Notes under the pieces: model-generated | What the model saw: the letters and a program-made list of their open reading frames with translations, nothing else | What the model was told of the DNA's origin: nothing | The model's database searches: none | Translations under genes and position numbers: made by a program | Part shown: in pieces, positions 37,218 through 52,576 of the stretch | Layout of the letters: each line of letters opens with the position of its first letter | Position numbering within the stretch: the first letter of the stretch is position 1 | NCBI RefSeq assembly: GCF_009914755.1 | Contig: NC_060926.1 | DNA: 64,000 bases | Source: the human T2T-CHM13v2.0 reference genome, Homo sapiens | Strand: one strand, 5' to 3'

Positions 37218-40200
37218 TTTTCTGTGGTTTTATGTTTGTTTATTTTTAATTTTTAGTTTTTGTGGGTACATAATAGATGTATATATTTCTGGGGTACATG
37301 AGATTTTGATACAGGCATATAATGCATAAGAATCACATCAGGTTAAATGGGGTATCCATCACCTCAAGTATTTATCATTTCTTTGTATTACAATCTAATT
37401 ATACTTTTAGTTATTTTTAAATGTACAATAAATTAGTGTTGATTGTAGTCATCCCTTTGTGCTATCAAATACTAGATCATATTCATTCTATTTTTTTGTA
37501 CCCATTAACCATCCCTACTCCCCATCACCACTACCCGTCCCAGCCTCTGGTAACTATCCTTCTACTCTGTCTCCATGAGTTCAATTGTTTTAATATTTAG
37601 CTTTCACAAGTAAGTGAGAACATGCAAAGTTTGTCTTTTTGTGCCTGGCTTATTTCACCTAACATAATTACCTCCAGTTCCATCCATGTTGTTGCAAATG
37701 ACAGGATCTCATTCTTTTTATGGCTGAATAATATTCCATTGTATATATAAACCTGATTTTATTTTTCCATTTATCTGCTGATGAACACTTAGGTTGCTTG
37801 CAAATCTTGGCTATTGTGAATAGTGCTACAATAAACATGGGAGTGCAGATAGTTCTTCAATATACTGATAACATTTCCTTTGGGGTGTACCTAGCAGTGG
37901 GATTGCTGAATCATATGGTAGTTTTATTTTTAGTTTTTTGAAGAACCTCCATACTGTTCTCCATAGTGATTGTGTTAATTTATATTCCCACCAACAGTGT
38001 ACAAGAGTCTACTTTTCTCCACATTCTCACCAGCCATTTGTTATTGCTTAGTTTTTTTGGTTAAAAGCCATTTTAACTGGGGTGAGATGATATCTGATTG
38101 TAATTTTGATTTACATTTCTCTGATTATTGATTTTGAGCACCTTTTCATAAACCTATTTGCCATTTTTGAGAAATATCTATTTAGGTCATTTGTTCATTT
38201 TAAAATCAGATTATTAGATTTTTCTTATAGAGTTGTTTGATCTTATATATTCTCATTATTAATAACTTGTCAGATGGATAGTTTGCAAATATTTTCTCTC
38301 ATTCTGTGGGTTGTCTCCTCACTTTGTTTATTGTTTCCTTTGCTGTTCAGAAGTTTTAAACTTGATGTAATCCCATTTGTCCATGTTTGCTGTGGCTGCC
38401 TGTGCCTGTAGGGTATCACTCAAGAAATCATTGCCCAGACCAACGTCCTGGAGAGTTTCTCCATTGTTTTCTTTGAGTAGTTTCATAGTTTGAGGTCTTA
38501 GACTTAAGTCTTTAATCCATTTAGATTTTATTTCATTCATTTGCATATGGATAACCAATTTTCCCAGCACCATTTATTGAGGAGCCTGTCCTTTCCTCAA
38601 TGTATGTTTGTGGCAGCTTTGTCAAATAAGAGTTCACTGTGAATGCATTGATTTGTTTCTGTGTTCTCTATTCTGTCCTATTGGTCTATATAACTGTTTT
38701 TATGCCAGTGCCATGCTGTTTTGGTTACTATAGCTCTGTAGTATAATTTGAAGTTAGGTAAAGTGATTCTTCTAGTTTTGTTTGTTTTGCTCAGGATAGC
38801 TTTGGCTATTCTGGGTCTTTTGTGGCTCCATATACATTTTATGATGTTTTTGCTATTTATGTGAGGAATGACATTGGTATTTTGATAGGGAATGCATTGA
38901 ATCTGTAGATTGCTTTGGGTAGTATGGACGTTTTAACAATATTGCTTCTTTCAAACTATGAACATAGAATATCTTTCCCTTTTCATGTGTGTCCTGTTCA
39001 ATTTCTTTCATCAGTGTTTTATAGTTTTCGTTGTAGAGATCTTTCTTTTTTTGGGTTAATTCCTAGGTATTTTATTTGTAGCTATTGCAAATGGGATTAC
39101 TTTCTTGATTTCTTTTTCCACTTGTTTGCTATTGGAATATAGAAATGCTACCGATTTTTGTATGTTGATTTTGTATCCTGAAACTTTACTGAATTTATCA
39201 GTTCTAGTAGTTTTTTAATAGTGTTTTGGTTTTTCCAAATATAAGATCATACCATCTACAAACAAGGCTAATTTGACTTCTTCCTTTCCAATTTGGATGC
39301 CTTTTATTTCTCTCTCTTGTCTGATTGCTTTAGCAAGGACTTCCAGGACTATGCTGAGTAACAGTGGTGAAAGTGGGCATCCTTGTCATATTCCAGATAT
39401 TAGTGGAAAGGCTTTCAATGTTTCCCCATTCAGTATGTGGGTCTGTCATATGCAACTTTTATTGTATTGGGGTATGTTCCTTCTATACCCAGTTTTTTTT
39501 TAGGGTTTTTATCATGAAGCGATGTTGAGTTTTATCAAATGCTTTTTCAGCATGAACTGAAATGATCATATGATTTTTGTCCTTCATTCTGTTGATATGA
39601 TGTATCACATTGATTGATTTGCATATGTTGAACCATACTTGCATTCCTGGGATAAATCCCACTTGGTCAGGATGAATAATCTTTTTAATGTATTGTTGAA
39701 TTTGGTTTGCTAATATTTTGTTGAAGAGTTTTACTTCTACGTTCATCAGGAATATTAGCCTGTGGTTTCCTTTTTTTGATGTGCCTTTGTCAGGTTTTGG
39801 TATCAGGCTAATACCGGCCTCATAAAATGAGTTTGAAAGTATTCCCTCCTCCTCTATTTTTCAGAATAGCTTGAGTAGGATTGGCATTAGTTCTTCTTTA
39901 AATGTTTAGTAAAATTCAGCAGTGAAGCCATCAGGTTCCAGGATTTTCTTTGTTGGGAGACATTTTTATGGCTTTGATCTCTTTATTTGTTACTGGTCTA
40001 TTTAGGTTTTGGATTTCTTCATGGTTCAATCTTGGTAGGTTGTATATGTCTAGGAACTTACCCATTTATTCTAGATTTTTCCGATTTATTGATATATAGT
40101 TACTCATAGTAGCCACTAATGATCATTTGGATTTCTGTGGTATCAGTTGTAATGTCTCCTTTTCATGTCTGATTATATTTATTTGAGTTGTCTTTTTTTT

Positions 40201-43200
40201 TTTTTAAGTCTGGCTAAAGGTTTGTCAATTTTATTTATCTTTTCAAAAAACAAAAAGGTTTGTCAATTTTATTTATCTTTTCAAAAAACAAACTGTTTGT
40301 TTCCTTGACTTTGGTGTTGTTTTCTTCATTTCAATTTTACTTCTTTCTGCTCTGATCTTTATTATTTCTTTTCTTATAGTAATTTTGGTTTTGGTTTGCT
40401 CTTGCTTTTCTAGTTCTTTTTTTTGTTTTGTTTTTTTCAGATGGAGTCTTGCTCTGTTTCCCAGCCTGTAGTGCAGTGACACAGTCTTGGCTCACTGTAA
40501 CCTCTGCCTCCTGGGTTCAAGTGATTCTCCTGCCTCAGCCTCCTGAGTAGCTGGGATTACAGGTGTGTGCCAGCATACCTGGCTAATTTCTGTATTTTAG
40601 TAGAGATGAGGTTTCACCATGTTGGCCAGGCTGGTCTCAAACTCTTGACCTCAAGTGACCTGCCTGCTTCATCCCAAAGTGCTGGGATTACAGGTGTGAG
40701 CCACTGTGCCCAGCCACTTTTCTAGTTCTTTAACATGCATCATTAAGTTGTTTATTTGAAGTTTTTCTACTTTTTTGTATGTAGGCACTTATAGCTATAA
40801 CCATTCCTCTTAGCACTGCTTTCACTGTATCGTGTAGGTTTTGGTATGTAGTGTTTCTATTATCATTTGATACAATACACTTTTATGTTTCCTTCTTAAT
40901 TTCTTCATTGACCCACTGGTGATTCAGGAACATATTGTTTAATTTCCATGTGTTTGTACAGTTTCCAAAATTCCTATTGTTACTGATTTCTAGTTTTAAT
41001 CCGTCATGGTTGGAGAAGATACTTGATATAATTTCAATTCTTTTGAATTTTTTAAGACTAATTTGGTGGCATAACATATGATCTATCCTTGGGAGTGATA
41101 TATGTGCTGGGGAAAATGTGTATTCTGCAGCCATTGTATGAAATGTTCTGTAACTATCTAATAGGTCCATTTGGTCTGTAATGCAGGTAAAGTCCAATGT
41201 TTCTTTGTTGATTTTCTGTCTGGATGATCTGTTCGATGCTTAAAGTGAGGTGTTGAAGTCTCTAGCTATTAATTTATTGGAGCCTCTCTTTAGCTCTAAA
41301 ATTTACATATCAGAGTGCTTCAGTGTTAGGTGCATATATTTACATTTGTTATATTGTCTTCCTGAATTAACCCCTTTGTCATTATATAATGACCTTCTTT
41401 GTCTCTTTGTATAGTTTTTGTCTTGAAATCTATTTTGTCTAATGTAAGTATAGCTACCTCTGCTCTTTTTTGGCTTCCATTTGCATAGAATATTTTTTTT
41501 CCATCCAAATAGAATCCCAAAGTAGTTATATTCAGTCCGTGTGTGCCTTGATAAGTGAAGTAGGTTTCTTGTAGGCAGCAGATCATTAGGTCATTAAAAA
41601 ATCTATTTAGCCATTCTGTCTTTTGATTGGAGAGTTTAGTTCATTTATATTCAATATTATTGATAAGGACTTAATTCTGCCATTTTGTCATTTGTTATAT
41701 TTTCTGATTGTGTTTGTGGTTATCTCTTCTTTCTTTCCTTTTTTTCTTTTTAGTGAAGGTGATTTTCTCTAGGTATGTTTTGATTACTTGCTTTTTATTT
41801 GTTGTGTATCTGTTATGTTTTTTGATTTGCAGTTACCATGAGGCTTGCAAATAATAGCTTATAATCCATTATTTTATTAATAAACTAATGATAACTGATT
41901 TCATAAGCAAACAAGCAAAGAGAAATTAATGAGAACTCTACACTTTAACTTCATCTCCCTGCTTTTTTGGCTGTTCATATCTTATTGTACTGTCTATGTC
42001 TTGAAAAGTTGCTGTAGTTATTACTTTTGATCAGTTCATCTTTTAGTCTTTCTAGATATGTATAGTTTACACACCACAATTAGTGTTATAATATTCTGTG
42101 TTTTTCTGTGTGCTTACTATTGCCAGTGAGTTTTGTACCTTCAAATAATTTATTCTTGCTTTTTGACATCCTTTTTTTCAGATTGAAGAACTCCCTTTAG
42201 CATTTATTGGAGGTCAGGTCTGGTGCTGATCAAATCCCTCAGCTTTTGTTTGTCTGGGAAAGTCTTTATTTTTCCTTCCTGTTTGAAGGATATTTTGGAT
42301 GGATATACTACTCTAGGATAAAAGTTTTTTTCCTTCAGCAATTTAAATATGCCGTGTCACTGAGGAGTCTGCTGCCAGATGATGACTGGAGCTCTTTGTA
42401 TGTAATTTGTCATTTCTCCTGCTGCTTGTAGGATCTTTTCTTTATTTTTCACCTTTTGCAGTTTGATTACTAAATGTCTTAAGGTGGTTTTCTTTGGGTT
42501 AAATCAGCTTGGTGTTCTATAATCTTCTTGTACTTGAATATTGATATCTTTCTCTAGGTTTAGGAGGTTCTCTGTTATCATCCCTTTGAATAAACATTCT
42601 ACCCCTTTCTCTCTTTCTACCTTCTCTTTAAGGCCATTAACTCTTAGATTTGCCCTTTTGAGGCTACTTTCTAGATCTTATAAGTGTGAGTTCTTTTTTT
42701 TATTTTTCATTTTTCTTTTGTCTACTCTGACTTTATATTTTCAAATAGCCTGTCTTCAAGCTCACTAATTCTTTCTTCTGCTTGATCAATTCTGCTGTTG
42801 AGACTCTGATGCATTCTTTAGCATGTCAGTTGAATTTTTCCATGCCAGAATGTCTGCTTGATTGTTTTAAATTATTTCAATCTCTATTAAATTTATCTGA
42901 TAGGATTCTGAATTCCTTCTCTGTGTTATCTTCAATTTTGTTGAGTTTCCTCAAAGCAGCTATTTTGAATTCTCTGCCTGAAAGGTCAGATATTTCTGTC
43001 TCCCCAGGATTGGTCCCTGGTACCTTATTTAGTTTGTTTGGTTAGGTCATGTTTTCCTGGATGGTCTTGACATTTGTGGATGTTTCTTTGTGGCTAGGCA
43101 TTAAAGAGTTAGGTATTTATTGTGTTCTTCACAGTCTGGGCTTGTTTGTACTTGTCTTTTTAGGAAGGCTTTCCAGGTATTCAAAGGGACATGAGTGTTG

Positions 43201-45120
43201 TGATCTAAGTTTTTGGTCACAGCAGCAGTATCTGCATCAGGGGACACCCCAAGCCCAGTAACACTGTGGTTCTTGCAGACTCATATAGGTACCACCATGG
43301 TGGTCTTAGATAAGATCTGGAGGAATTCTCTGGATTGCCAGGTAGAGATTCCTGTTCTCTTTCCTTACTTTCTCCCAAACAAACAGAGTCTCTCTCTCTC
43401 TCTTTCCTGAGCTGCCTAGAACTGGGAGAGGGGTGACAGAAGTACCCCTATGGCCACCACCATTGAGACTATGTGGAGTCAGACCTGAAGCCAGCACAGT
43501 ACTGGCTCTTGTCCAAGGCCTGCAGTAACCACTGCCTGGCTACTGCCTACATTTACTCAAGGCCCTAGGGCTCTGCAGTCAGCAGGTGATGAAGCCAGCT
43601 AGGTTTGTGTCCTTCCCCTGTAGGGCAGCAAGATCCCCCTGGTCCTACATGGGCTCAGTGATGATGTCTGGAAGCCAGGGCCTGAGTCAGAAACCTTAGG
43701 GATGTACCTGGTGCTCTATTATACTGAGGCTGAGCTGGCACCCAAGCCACAAGACAAAGTCCTTCCCACTCTTCCCTCCCCTTTGCATAGCAGAGGAGTC
43801 TCCCTGTGGCCACCACCCAGGCCATAGTAAGAACTGCCTGACTACAGCCAATGTTCATTCAAGGCCCAAATGCTCTTCAGTCAGCTTATGATGAATGCTG
43901 CCAGGCCTGGGACTCTCCCTTCAGGGTAGTAGGCTTCCCCAACCCCTGGCCCAGGACAGGTCCAGAAATGCCATCCAAGAGCCAAGGCCTAGAACTGAGG
44001 ACCCTAAGAGCCCACTTGGTGCTCTACCCTACTGTGGCTGAGCTGCTGCCTAAGCTGCAAGACAAAGTGTCCTTTACTCTTTTCTCTCCTTTTCTCAAGC
44101 AGGAGTCCCTCCCCATTGCTACCACAGTTAGGTAGGTCACACCTGAGGCCAGCATGTCTTTGAATCTTACCCAAGGCCCGCTGCAAATACTGCCTGGGTA
44201 CCACCGCTGAATATTCAGGGCCCAAGTGCTCTTATTAGCAAGTGATGAATCCTGTCAGGACTGGGTCCTTCCCTTTAAGGCAGCAGGTTTCCTTCTGGCC
44301 CAGGGTGTGTCTAGAAATGTCGTAGAGGAGATAGGTCCTCAGGACTCTTCCTGGTACCCTGTCCTACCGTGGCTGAGCTGGTATCCAAGTTGCAAGACAA
44401 AGTCCTCTTTACTCTTCCCTCTCCTCTCCTCAAGCAGAAGGAAAGAGTCTCTTCTGGAGCTGTGCGCTGCACTGCCTGGGGTTGGAAGAGGGGTGGCACA
44501 AATACTCCCTTGGCTCTGGCTGATGTGTTACTAGGTTGCATACCCATCAAGTCCACTGGCTTTGAGCCCAGCACAGCGTCAGGACTTGCCCAGGAATTGC
44601 AGTCTTTGTGGCCTAGACTACCTTTCAGATTTCTTTAGAACCCCAGAGCAATTTAGTTCACGGTGGTGAGGCTTGCCAGAACTCAAGTTCCTATCACTGG
44701 GAGGTGCAATTTCCCCCCGGCTAGGTTGTTCTAAATGCTTCCTCCGTGGATGCTGGCTGAGTTCTGCCTGGTGTTACTTTCTACTGTGACAGGGCAGTAC
44801 TGAGTTCCAATGCAAAGTTCCCCAATCACTGTGCTCTCCCTCCCGCAAGTGCACAGATTATCTCCGTGCCACATGACTGTGGCTGGGAGATTGGGGGAAG
44901 GGTGGCATCAGCAATTCAAGATTGTCTGTCCTACCCTCTTCAGTGTCTCTTTCAGTAATATGAAGTTAAAACCAGATATTGTGATCACTCATCTGATTTT
45001 AGGTTCTTATGAAGGTGCTTTTTTGTGTGGATAGTTTTTCAGTTTGGTGTTCCTATAGGGAGGACTATCAGTGGAAGCTTCTGTTTGGTCATATTGCTCT
45101 GTCTGTAACTCGAGATTCTC
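37218..45120 (-). mobile_element. Apparently full-length inactive L1 (L1MA-type 3' end, L1M1/M2-type 5' UTR)
   Basis: ORF2 remnants in minus ORFs: ICCLQET (EN), PRIDHML/SNHDGLKLEI (EN), [12 protein letters not shown] (RT), KSKWIKDL (C-terminal region). GC-richer 5' UTR ~43200-45100; candidate TSD at 37202 and 45121. Confidence 0.9.
40418..40715 (-). mobile_element. AluS inserted in L1 ORF2
   Basis: Flanked by the TSD TTTTCTAGTTCTTT. Confidence 0.93.
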
Positions 45121-45136
45121 CTATTGGCTGATTTTT

Positions 45137-47728
<2,592 letters not shown>

Positions 47729-47831
47729 TTACATATTTTTCTGGTTTTGAATGTTAACTGGAGAGAAACCTGAGCTTTTGTTTTATTTGCTTTTATTTGG
47801 TTTTGGTTTTGTGTGTGTGTGTGCATCCTAT

Positions 47832-49118
47832 TGTATTAGTCAGGGTTCTCTAGAGGGACAGAACTAATAGGATATACGTATATATGAAAGGGAGCTTATT
47901 AAGGAGAATTGACTCACATGATGACAAGGTAAAGCCATCTGCAAGTTGAGGAGCAAGGAAGTCAGTGGTAGATCAGTCCAAGTCCCAAAACCTCAAAAGT
48001 AGGGAAGCTGACAGTGCAGCCTTCTGTCTGTGGCCAAAGGCCTGAGAGTCCCTGGCAAACCACTGGTCTAAGTCCAAGAGTCCAAAAGCTGAAGAACTTG
48101 GAGTCTGATGTTTGAGGGTAGGAAGCATCCAGCACAACAGAAAGATGAAGTCCAGAAGACTCAGCAAGTCTAGCCCTTCCGCGTTCTTCTGCTTGCTTTA
48201 TCCTAGCCGCTCTGGCAACTGATTAGATGGTCCCACCTAGATTGAGTGTGGGTCTGCCTCTCCCAGTCCACTAACTCAAATGTTAATCTCCTTTTGCAAC
48301 ACCCTCACAGACACCTCCAGTGATATGGGCAGGAGACAGGGAAACACTAGGTAGAAGAGGGCAGTCACCTGGCAAAGACCCCACCCACAGGCATGGAAAC
48401 CCATGGCTCCAGTGGGAAGAGGCATTCTGTTTTCATGCCCAAAAGTTGGCTTTTGGCATGCCACACCGTCCTATCCTGTACCCATATAAACCTCAAACCC
48501 CAGGCTCCACAGAAGATGAGAAGAACAGAAGAACGGCAGAACGGCACAGCAGAGAGAAGAGAAGGAGCATCTGAATGCCAAGAGGAATTCAGCTTGGGGT
48601 GGTTGGAGAAGAGATCTGCCACTGGACAGCCAAGCTTCAGGGGAAGATCATCTTCCCACCCCATCCCCATCCATCCCACTGAGAGCCACCTCCACCACTC
48701 AGTAAAATCCCCGCATTCACCATCCTCAAGTCTGTGTGACCTGATTCTTCCTGGACACTGGACAAGGACCTAGGTACCGAGGGCACTGAGCTTGTTAACA
48801 CTTAAGCCGTCTGTGGACAGCAAATCTAAAAGAATGCACTGTAACACATGCCCACTTGGGCTTTGGGAGTTTTAGGTACCCACCTCTAGATGCTAGCATG
48901 AGTCTGGAGCCCCCAAGGCGCTCACCCCAGATCCTGCACCTGCCTGTCTATGTGCTCCCCCTCCCATAAGGAGTTTGAGCAGACACACAGCCAAACAGTC
49001 AAGCCACACCCCTGCAGCATGTCCTATGAGAGGGGTCAGGGAACTCTGCCATTTCACCAGGAACAATAATTTGGATCTTTTAATCCAAGCAAGTTGACAC
49101 TCAATATTAACCATCACA
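47832..49118 (-). mobile_element. MLT2A-like ERVL LTR, split by an ERV1 LTR
   Basis: tgtattagtcagggttctctagagggacagaac...gttgacactcaatattaaccatcaca; flanks CCTAT/CATAT. Confidence 0.88.
48321..49056 (+). mobile_element. ERV1 solo LTR, MER50-like
   Basis: TGATA...TTTCA termini with a perfect 4-bp TSD CCAG (48317-48320 and 49057-49060). Confidence 0.82.
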
Positions 49119-49410
49119 CATATACCTAAAAATTTGTTTCTCTACCTTGATGTTCAGTAATTTTAACAGAAATATTTGTTTTTCTGAGAGTTGTTCATTT
49201 TTCCCTCAGATTTGTGGGTTTCTGAGTGTTAGGGGCAGCCACAATTGATGGATATGAGCTTTACTCTTCTTTCTGAAATGTCATTTAATGTGCATATTAG
49301 GGTCATTCCACCTGATAGGAGGCAACTCCTACAGCATAGCTTTGGAAATGTTCCTCATTTTAGAATAGAGCCTGATTATTTCTCCTACTTCCTTTTAAGA
49401 GCCTAGTATT

Positions 49411-49707
49411 GGCCAGATGTGGTGGCTCATGTCTGTAATCCTAGCACTTTGGGAAGCTGAGTCAGGAGGATCACTGTAGCCCAGGAGTTTGAGACTAGCG
49501 TGGGCAACACGGCAAGACCCTGTCTTTACTCTCCACCCCACCAAAAAAATTAGCTGGGTGTGGTAGCACATGCTTGTGGTCCCATCTATTAATACTTGGG
49601 AGGCTGAGATATGATTGCTTGAGCCCAGGAGGTTGAGGCTACAGGGGGTGGTGATCACACCACTGCACTACAGCCTGGGTGACAGAGTGAGAGCCTGTCT
49701 CAAAAAA
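49411..49707 (+). mobile_element. AluJ
   Basis: Full dimer; TSD AGCCTAGT(A/G)TT. Confidence 0.92.
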
Positions 49708-49833
49708 GCCTAGTGTTGAGTAATACATGTAAAAAGTTCTTAATAAATCCTTACTGAATGTATAAGTGAATGAACCTAGACTCATTTTCTGCTGCTGTCT
49801 TTCCTTCTCTGTCCATTTTTCTCTAAGTAAAGA

Positions 49834-50554
49834 TGAAACTGCCTTTGCAAAAATTATATCAGTGAGAAAATTATGGCAGTGGGGAAGATTTGATCTAGCT
49901 AACCCCTCTAGTGCTGTTAGCCTTCAAGCTGCCTTCAGTTATTCCTGGGTTAACTTTAGGAGACATTTAGTTTATAGTTTAAATGATAATAGCCCTTCCC
50001 CAAAACTCAGCTGCCTTTGCAAAGCTAATGAGAGAGCACCAGGCTAGGAGAAGGAGAGGAGCCTGAATTCTGCTAAGGTGTAGATATACCTGATTGGTAG
50101 CCATTGTTTCAGAGGTCACAAGACATGCAACTTCCCTAATTACTCCTGCAGATAACATCACTATTTTTGAACCTAGGATCGGTCTTTTGAGATATCTTTT
50201 CAGGTTTTTTTTTTTTTTTAAACATGTCTGACACCTGGCTCCACCTGGATGGCCAACTTCTCCTGTGGCCCCACCCAGCAGCAACTCAGAGCAAGAGGAC
50301 AGCTTCAACTCCCTGTGATTTTATCTCTGACCCAACCAATCAGCAGCAAGTGCCCAGTGCCTCGCCACTCCCACCCGTTCCTTCAAACTGCCTTTGAAAA
50401 ACCCCTAACCTTCAAGCTTTCAAGGAGATTGATTTGAGTAATAACTCCATCTCCCACATGGTGTGGCCAGCCTCATTTCAAACTTTCTTTACTGCAATGC
50501 CATGAATTGATTTTGTTTGTGCAGTAGGCAGGAAGAACCCATCAGGCAGTTACA
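49834..50554 (+). mobile_element. LTR8-like ERV1 solo LTR
   Basis: TGAAACTGCCTTTGCAAAAATTAT...GAACCCATCAGGCAGTTACA. Confidence 0.85.
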
Positions 50555-52392
50555 GGGAATGTTGCTGAGATTTTTCAATATTTTGTTCCTTCACCATTTG
50601 GCAAATCCCATCACACTCTGGGAGAAGAGAGTGAACTGCTTGAGCAGTGATTCTTGGGATCTTCTCTCATTTTCACTGAATGCTACTCTTCAAAGATTAT
50701 GGCGTGAAGTTATATCCCTTCTTTTGTTTGATTATTGCTGGTATATTTTGATTTGTTTGCTGGATTTCAAGTTTCCATTTTAGTGTTGTTCATTCATTCA
50801 GTTTTAGGGAAAGGAGATACTTGACTTCACTTTGCCATCTCACCCCAGAAGTCATAAAAATTTTTGAAACAAATTCGGAACCTCCAGAGCAGAGCTCAGT
50901 TTCTTCTTCCTCCTCATATTTCTTGTAGAATCTAGTGTAGCTTGAATGGGATTGGAATTTATTAACTATTTACTGAATGCATAAATAACATTTTATGGTA
51001 ATTTTGGCTAATTTATGACCTGTTATTGAAAGAAGGGTAGATGGTGTACAATCACCTTGAAAAAAGTATCATTTCTGATTAATCTTAAGAGGGGATGGGC
51101 AAAGCAGCAAGGAATGTGCAGTAAGACATGGGCGAATCAGCCACACGTCAGACTGAGCATGTTTAGTGCTCACTGCAACCCTGAAGAATTGAGTCCATCT
51201 ATTGCTTTTGACCTAATGTGGGAAATAAGCTCCTAGGGCCTCTGAAAAGATATGGGTGAATGATCAGAAATTTATCAGGAGCACCTTTCTCCTTTGGGTT
51301 TTTTTTTTTTTTTTTCCCTTCTTCACTAAACACATCAGTTTTAAGGGCACCATGTGAAATTTCATTTTTGATTCCTTTCATTGCTAACGTCAAGGCCCAC
51401 TTTACACTATTCTTCATTTTCCCTCCAGGCCTTTCACTGGCTGCTTAAGGGCAGTCCACCCAGCTAGTTAATGCGTATTTCTCTCTTCTTTTATGTGACT
51501 CTGTTTACACTTGGGCAGACATAGCTTCCTGCCAATGGGCAGTTTCTTTTCAGGGACAAGATGAGAAAGATCACAGAGCTTTGTAGTGATGAGTGGTTTT
51601 GTTCATCTCAGTTTCTGCATGTTGATATTCTTTCTGTTTTCCTCCTTCAGGAGGAAGGAACAAGAATTGGACTAGAAGAAGAAAGTCATTTGTATTCTTC
51701 TGACTATTGATTTTCCTTCTACCATTCAGCAGTTCAGTAGTTTTGCGTAACTACAGCTGTTTGGGCTGGGACATCAGCCATATTGTGGGACTGACTATAT
51801 TTCAGTAAGCAAGAAGTAGATTGGGAAGGTGAATTTCTGACAATATGAGTGTGGGTGCTTTAAATTTACTTCTTTTCACTCAAGTTATCTAACATAGAGC
51901 GAGGATAAAAAAGAAGAAATATGAGTCAAATGCCTGGTAGTACACTGATGTTGGGGATTAGCTCCCAGTGTCTATCAGGGAGCCCTCATGAAGGTTACCA
52001 TAACCTAGGGACAAAGATGTTAGACTTAACAGTTTTCAGCCACTTTCCCTGGCAGCAGCCACCATTCAGCAGCCTATCAAGACAACTGTCCAATCATGAC
52101 CAGAACATCCTCTTTGGCTGTTTTACTCTCTCCTGTGGTGTGTACATAATTTCCATTTTTAGAATCATGTTTTTAGGATGTTTCAGAGCCATGTTACTCC
52201 TCCACTCTATCTTTTATTACCATTTCTTAAGGAGGGTCCAAGTTCTTTTTCAAAAAATTTATTTACAATAGAGGAAGAAAATAAAAAGTAACATGAGGTT
52301 GCTGGTTAAGAAATAAAAATCTTTTTGTTTCAAAAGTCCACTGCCCCCAGTTCTGTGATCTGTTGCACATAACAAATTTTTCCCCCAACCAG

Positions 52393-52576
52393 GAAACATC
52401 TGTATGGATTATTTCACTATAATCCTATGATGCTTGGACTTGAATCACTTCCAGATCCCACAGACACCTGGGAAATTATAGAGACCATTGGTAAAGGCAC
52501 CTATGGCAAAGTCTACAAGGTAACTAACAAGAGAGATGGGAGCCTGGCTGCAGTGAAAATTCTGGATCCAGTCAGT
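52393..52576 (+). CDS. MYO3B: MYO3B exon 2, kinase N-lobe ([61 protein letters not shown])
   Basis: Acceptor ttttttcccccaaccAG|G and donor AGT|GTAAGT. Encodes the Gly-rich loop GKGTYG and the AAVK catalytic lysine (K56). 184 nt. Confidence 0.96.

Noticed and set aside
38328-41586. ORFs with endonuclease and RT similarity
   Set aside because: They are frameshifted remnants of a dead L1 ORF2 that is also interrupted by an Alu; not a functional gene.
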